DNA from: a bacterium
GTDB taxonomy: Bacteria; UBA8248
Reading direction: 5' to 3'
Length of the DNA stretch: 64,000 bases
Assembly: GCA_965213685.1 (NCBI GenBank)
Contig: CBDBZY010000064.1
Coordinates: 1,536,001-1,600,000, forward strand
Shown here: in pieces, positions 58,463-64,000 of the stretch
Layout: the number at the start of each line of letters is the position of its first letter
How positions within the stretch are numbered: position 1 is the first letter of the stretch
Program-made: the position numbers and the translations under genes
The notes under the pieces: model-generated
Told to the model about the DNA's origin: nothing
Database searches by the model: none
The model's input: only the letters and a program-made list of their open reading frames with translations

Positions 58463-59425
58463 CTAACGACTAATGAACGTGTCAAAACACTTGGCCGCAT
58501 TTGGATTGTCTACAACACTAACAAAAAAGTCACGTGGTCGTAGTATTCTGTTCTTGTCTGCCATTTTCTTCAATATTCTTTCTATTGTATTAAAATTCAC
58601 TTTGTTTTTCCTTCCCACACGATTCATAAATTGTATTATGAGTGCAACGAGGCCTGCAACTGCAGGTGCTGCCGCAGAGGTGCCCGTAAAGCAGGCCAAT
58701 GCCATCTTATCTTGTTGGTCTGGGGTATCAAGTGCCGGTGCACAAACCTTCTCACCAAGTGCTAAGCACCAAACTTCATCACCTTCAGCGGAAGATTTAG
58801 ATGGTCTTCCATCTTGGTCATGCGATCCAACTGCAATTGTGTTTTGACATAATGCTGGATATAAGACAGATGTTGAGTATCTTGATGCATCATTGCCAGC
58901 ACTAGCTACGCATATGATATGCTTACTAGCAAGGACATTAAATTTATCCTGTAGTCTTGGTTGAATGTCTTGAAACCCAACTGACAGAGAAACAACATGA
59001 ACATGAATTTTCTCATCTATGTCGCATATGTATTGCAGTGCATCTTCTACTGCCTTAACTTTGGGATTTCCTTTTTCGCAAACTTTACATATAATAAGCA
59101 TTGCTTGTGGAGCAACACCTCCAAGATAGTTGAAATCGACAGATCGAAAAGGGCGCCCTGCAGCAACTCCTGCACAGCGAGTTCCATGTCCATATGCATC
59201 ATCAACATTACGGTCGTCTGGTTTACCACTGCAGAAATTTCGAGAGTATTCTTCCAATATTTTGTGTTTGAAAGCGAAATGAGATGCGTGAATTCCAGAA
59301 TCCAAAATGGCAATGACAACATTCTCTCCATTGAAAGATTTGAAAGTATCATCTTGGAGCTGCCAAAATGCCCGTGCAAAATTATCCATTGTACACTCCA
59401 CATCATTGCAAAGGGTTCCATCTTC
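58463..59425 (-). CDS. Subtilisin-like serine protease (peptidase S8); catalytic domain on one exon, upstream exons uncertain
   Basis: Catalytic triad and oxyanion motifs are intact: VIAILDSGI, GHGTRCAG, ASAGND, GTSAAAPAVAG. No P-domain. Possible 5' exons near 59802-59884 and 60258-60342. Confidence 0.88.
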   Translation of the reverse strand, partial: EDGTLCNDVECTMDNFARAFWQLQDDTFKSFNGENVVIAILDSGIHASHFAFKHKILEEYSRNFCSGKPDDRNVDDAYGHGTRCAGVAAGRPFRSVDFNYLGGVAPQAMLIICKVCEKGNPKVKAVEDALQYICDIDEKIHVHVVSLSVGFQDIQPRLQDKFNVLASKHIICVASAGNDASRYSTSVLYPALCQNTIAVGSHDQDGRPSKSSAEGDEVWCLALGEKVCAPALDTPDQQDKMALACFTGTSAAAPAVAGLVALIIQFMNRVGRKNKVNFNTIERILKKMADKNRILRPRDFFVSVVDNPNAAKCFDTFISR

Positions 59426-61249
59426 TGTGGTAAATAATTAGGTAAAATCTTGATATGCACAATGAGGAGTCAGTAGACTCTCTGTGTAGGGATGGCTTCT
59501 TATAGAAAGGGATTTTTTAGTATTTGCAACTTGCACAAACAGCCTTTGCACAAAGAGTGATGAAACTTAGGACTCATTGAAAATACTACTACATTGAAAA
59601 TGCTCACAGCAAAAATGACATTGTTCTATTAACAAAGCATGTGAGTTTTAGATGTATGTAAATTGTACTCTCATATACTACAAATGATATCATCACAGCT
59701 GTTTTAGGCTGTGCTGTGGGCCACATGATAAGGAAATGCTGTGATTGTGTAGTATGTACATGAGAGTGAAGTATGGACATGGTTACACAGGTGCAACTCA
59801 CATGACAAAGGTCTTTGTTAAAAGAACAATTCTGTTTTTGCTGTGTGGCCACAATTGAAGAGCATCCAAGCTTGGCTACTGATTCTGACATAATAAAATA
59901 TTATATTGTATTTATATTACAACAAACTGGAATGTTCATTGGATTCATGAACCTATGGCACTGTGAATTTATTAAGCATTTTGTACTACCTAAAGCAGAA
60001 GTCAAAAGACAAAGCATACAAAATATAAATGAAACAAGCTTATCCCTGTCATCAATAAATCTCATAGCTAGAGCACCCTTCATCCTTGCAGCCAGGGGCT
60101 GACACCCATAATATTTTTTCTGTGAGTAACCAGGAATGGAATTTATGAGCAGTGAAGTTTGCCACTGATAATTAGTTCTCATTGAAATATACCAATAATT
60201 AAACCCAGCTGGTTTCCTCTGCATAAAGTTGAGCACCACACTATAAATAATATTCACCTGATGGATCTGCATCTGTAGCTTGATTACTTTGTGAGGTATC
60301 TTCTGAAGGACTCACTGATGCTCCACTTGTGGTCACTGCCATAGAAACCATTGTTATGTATAGAAGGCAAAATTTAAGACTGGATGAGATATAATTATGT
60401 ACTATTGTTACATATGTACATACATATGTATGTGTAAATTTACAGTATGTCCATACTCTCAGGAAATACTATTTATTGGGCAGGATACGTGCTTAGATTC
60501 CTTCAACAACTCTGGAAGTGATCCAGCAATTACATGTGATATTTTTCGGTAGACTCTCTATGTAGCGATGGTGCCAACACACCCATAGTGTTCTAAGCTT
60601 ATCTGGCCACCTTGCTAGCTATGATGCATCCACAGACTTACTGACAGAAACTAGTCAAACCACGAATTTGTTACCTTCACCTTCTTAAGGGATTTTTAAG
60701 AACAGCTTCTCTCGAAACTGGCAGAATAACTTTTACACCAACCAGTTGCTGAATATAGTCTTGGCCAAACAAAATCTTATGCACCTTTCCAAATTGTAGA
60801 AGCCCTAGACTCTTCTCCACACTTAGAAGCCTATATATTGTCACATGGTAGAGCTTTGACCACGTGAGAGCAGACCCCATACATTGTGAAGCCTAGCCTA
60901 GTGATGCCTATTAACACTTGCTATTGCAGTTGTTGTCATGAAGTTCACTTTCCTTGTGCCCAAAAGGAGTGTTTACAACAAAAAGTACACAAACCAGTAT
61001 AATAAAAAAATTTTCCAAATATGTAGATGGATGTAGGGATGGAAGTGTCAAAAAGCAGTGTCTTCCCTACACCTAGTTTCTGTGGTTTTTGGCATTGCCA
61101 TCACTACATCTCTCTACATTTTATGGAAAGTCTTTTTGATGCTTGTAAATAAAAGTAATAAAGTATATACCCTGCCTAATAAATAGTATCTCCTGAGAGT
61201 ACGGACACTTTAAATTAATATTTTACATATACGTATATATGTACGTACA

Positions 61250-61460
61250 TATGGGTACGTATGGGAGATAAGGTACTCGTCCTCGGGTGCTACACGCTCT
61301 TGGGTCTCGTGCTTTATCTCCCATGTGTACCTTATGTAACACATAAATCATGCCCAATAGGTATGAACATATGGGAGATAAAACACAAGACCCGAGGGCA
61401 CGTAGCACCTAAGAACAACAAGTACTTTATCTCCCATATGTACCGTATTTGGGCATGATT
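61250..61460. repeat. Palindromic MITE-like inverted repeat
   Basis: ATGGGAGATAAGGTACT...TTTATCTCCCAT arms are repeated in inverted orientation. Confidence 0.6.
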
Positions 61461-61734
61461 TATGAAATTTGTTCCCTAGTGACAGTGAGGGTTTTCTTAG
61501 CAAGGTGTATTTTTCCCAAGTTAATGGTCTAGCACTCCCTGCGTGCACGTAATTATTTACATAATTATTCAAACTTTGATGTGGGACACCATGATGAGGT
61601 TGTTGACCTGTGTAGAAACTCCTGTCAGGTCACTAACTAGTTAGAAACCTCCCCAGAGGTCTCCAACTGGTGACTTAGAAACCTCATGAATATACAAATT
61701 TTCTAAGCCAGGTATAGACTATGTAACCGTGGTT

Positions 61735-62000
61735 TCTTGTACAAATTGCATTCATGACACTTAAAGCATGCGACTACTGGTATAACATGTCTAGTAGTGT
61801 ATTGCGTTTGTTGCTACTTTGAGGAGGGTCTGCAGCCACATATACCTAACCCTCAAAGTGTCCCTGCTTTGCAACTGTTACATGACTTTTGAGGATTAGG
61901 TATACGTGGCTGCAGAGCCTCCTCAAAATAGCAGCATATTAAACACAATACAGTACTTATATTGTTGCATGCTTAGTGTCATGAATGCAATTTGTACAAA
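61735..62000. repeat. Palindromic MITE-like inverted repeat
   Basis: TTGTACAAATTGCATTCATGACACT / AGTGTCATGAATGCAATTTGTACAA, plus inner inverted arms. Confidence 0.65.
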
Positions 62001-62208
62001 AGGTCAGTCCAGTCGAGTCCAGTCCAGTCCAGTCCAGTCCAGTCCACTGATTACAGACTCCCTGGTTTCTTAGCTGTATAGCCAACCCTCAGGGCACATA
62101 GTGGCTTCAGCCAGACACAAAAAGGACCTCAGCTTCGCCTCAGTCATTTGGTGTCTGGCTTAAATAATACATATACACGCCATATCCCTCGAGGGGGTGT
62201 TACATATA

Positions 62209-62438
62209 CCTTAAGGTGACTATTATTTACAGGTACATTTTTTGGCGAATTTGGGATTATTATCATTTTGCAGATATTAAATTTTGCTATTTTCACTTGT
62301 ACGTGAGATGAACAATCATTATGTTGAGAAGACTACAAGCTAGTAAAACTTTTGTTTGCGTGTACAAAATTTTGCGTTTGTGTGCCAATCCGCAAACATT
62401 TCAAACGTTAGTATCCGCAAAAAATAGTCACCTTAAGG
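62209..62438. mobile_element. MITE nested in the centre of another palindromic element
   Basis: TA-CCTTAAGGTGACTATT...AATAGTCACCTTAAGG-TA, flanked by the inverted arms CATATCCCTCGAGGGGGTGTTA / TAACACCCCCTCGAGGGATATG. Confidence 0.65.
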
Positions 62439-62798
62439 TATAACACCCCCTCGAGGGATATGGGCGGAGTGCATATATACTAGCCATATCCTGAAGAGGG
62501 GGTGTCATAAGTGATTTATAGCCTGGCGACAAGCGGTTCTAGGAGGTACCATGGATTCACAGCGTACGCAAGCATGTAGCTGTGTATCTGTGAAAATAGT
62601 ACAAGTGGGATACAGCTAGCACTCCAGTTGTTCACAACGACAAGTGTAATACTCTCTGTTATTCACACCACTACTCTGTTATGAGGTTCTCGTCTCCTCA
62701 TTAGGAATTCTTGGGAACATCAAGTGCTTACTCAGGCTTGGCCCAATGATGCACTGCATCTAATTAGTAACTGTTGTGGTTTGAGCTGCTTGAATATA

Positions 62799-63134
62799 CA
62801 TAGGCGGCGGAAGTTGTATTTTAGTATGGGAGCAAGGAAATTCACAAGCATTATGTAGTTGGGCAAAATGCAGAGGAAAGTTCTGGGCTGTTACACTCTG
62901 AGTGAACATGAAGTGTGGATTATGGCAGAATACATGACTAGTCTTCTACATAAATACTGGTGTGATGATGTACACCGACCCAATGCAAAAAAGCTGCTTG
63001 AAACAACTACTGAAGGCTTGGGGGTGCAACCGCGTCACTCCTCTGGTTTTCCGAAGTCTATGGGGGCAGTGCCCCCATTAGTGTAAGAGTTCGGGGGTAA
63101 AAGCCCCCAATGCCCCCATGTTTCCGCCACCTAC
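62799..63134. mobile_element. hAT-type MITE
   Basis: TIRs CATAGGCGGCGGAA / TTCCGCCACCTAC with an 8-bp duplication TGAATATA. Confidence 0.65.
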
Positions 63135-64000
63135 TGAATATAATTCTCACACATTAACACTCCTGAGATGCTAACTCAGCACCACAAAGGGTACTGTTAA
63201 AATTGGAAGTGGTGCTGGGTAACACTCAAATTTTAAGGACAGCAAAGGTGCTGGAAGCTCTAAACCATAGGTCCCATGGATGTATGATTTCTAGGGTAAT
63301 TAATTATTCATGAGATTTGATGCACATGCGCAAACTTGCACATCTTCTTATATCTTGCTTTCTCATGCAAGAAATGGAAACACAAAGTCTGTGGCTGAAG
63401 TTAGAAGAGGAACTAGGAAGCTGAGCTCAATGTTTACTGCATGAGTGTGCACTTTTGTTATTTGCTCATGTGCAGCGAGTACATTATGAATACAATGTCA
63501 ACATTGCTCCCGCAGCCATGGTACCTGTGGTACCGACTCCTGTGCCCCTGGACAGTACACAAGGTTCTTACCCTGGCCTGGACTGTCAGATGATATTACT
63601 CCCCTGTGACCTGTTAAAAAGGAATACATCAGGTTGATACATTTGTGTATGTTCAAGACATACAGACCTCAAACTTAACTGATAAATTTGCACACTGTGA
63701 AGTGAAAGTTTAAGTACTCACATTTGTATTCACAGAGGTTGGCACTTGTACCAATATAAGGTGTAATGCCACATTGAGTGGTGGCACTCAAGTATTATTA
63801 CAATGCATATAATAAATTGTATTCAGTGATAGAGAATCTTCATTGATGTACACCTACATATGTCCCTGAATAAAAGTAGTCCTATGGCCCTTGCAAGTCT
63901 GTGACACATTAGTTATCAGGAAGACATATTCACTATTATTAATGAAGTTATATGGCAGAAAAGCATTAAGAACGCTTTTAAGAACACAATTACTGTGTCA

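Noticed and set aside
53628-59437. Antisense ORFs overlapping the GBP and S8 coding regions (e.g. 53628-53897, 58473-58847, 58997-59437)
   Set aside because: Shadow frames of real coding sequence with no independent motifs.

Overview
Eukaryotic, intron-rich animal DNA. Short GT-AG introns, abundant TACATG low-complexity sequence and the death-domain, GBP and Kelch families suggest a demosponge, but this is an inference. The main feature is a ~36 kb minus-strand array of six small genes (9266-45636) built only from death-fold domains (CARD-like and Death domains) plus short linkers. Every intron in the reconstructed models is phase 1. Three N-terminal module types (CARD-alpha, DD-DD, CARD-beta) are each joined to two different C-terminal Death-domain types, which looks like mix-and-match exon shuffling. 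Other genes are a Kelch-repeat gene inside the array on the opposite strand, a frameshifted GBP-FN3-TM pseudogene, an intact subtilisin-like S8 protease with a decayed duplicate, an intronless six-repeat beta-propeller-like gene, and a partial minus-strand gene with a signal anchor. Transposable elements are numerous: HERO-like and CRE-like non-LTR retrotransposons, a DIRS/Ngaro element, a KDZ/Zisupton-like element with an 8-bp TSD, Helitron and Ginger remnants, a tRNA-containing SINE-like repeat and many MITEs. All exon models were read by eye from splice signals and reading frames and have no transcript support.
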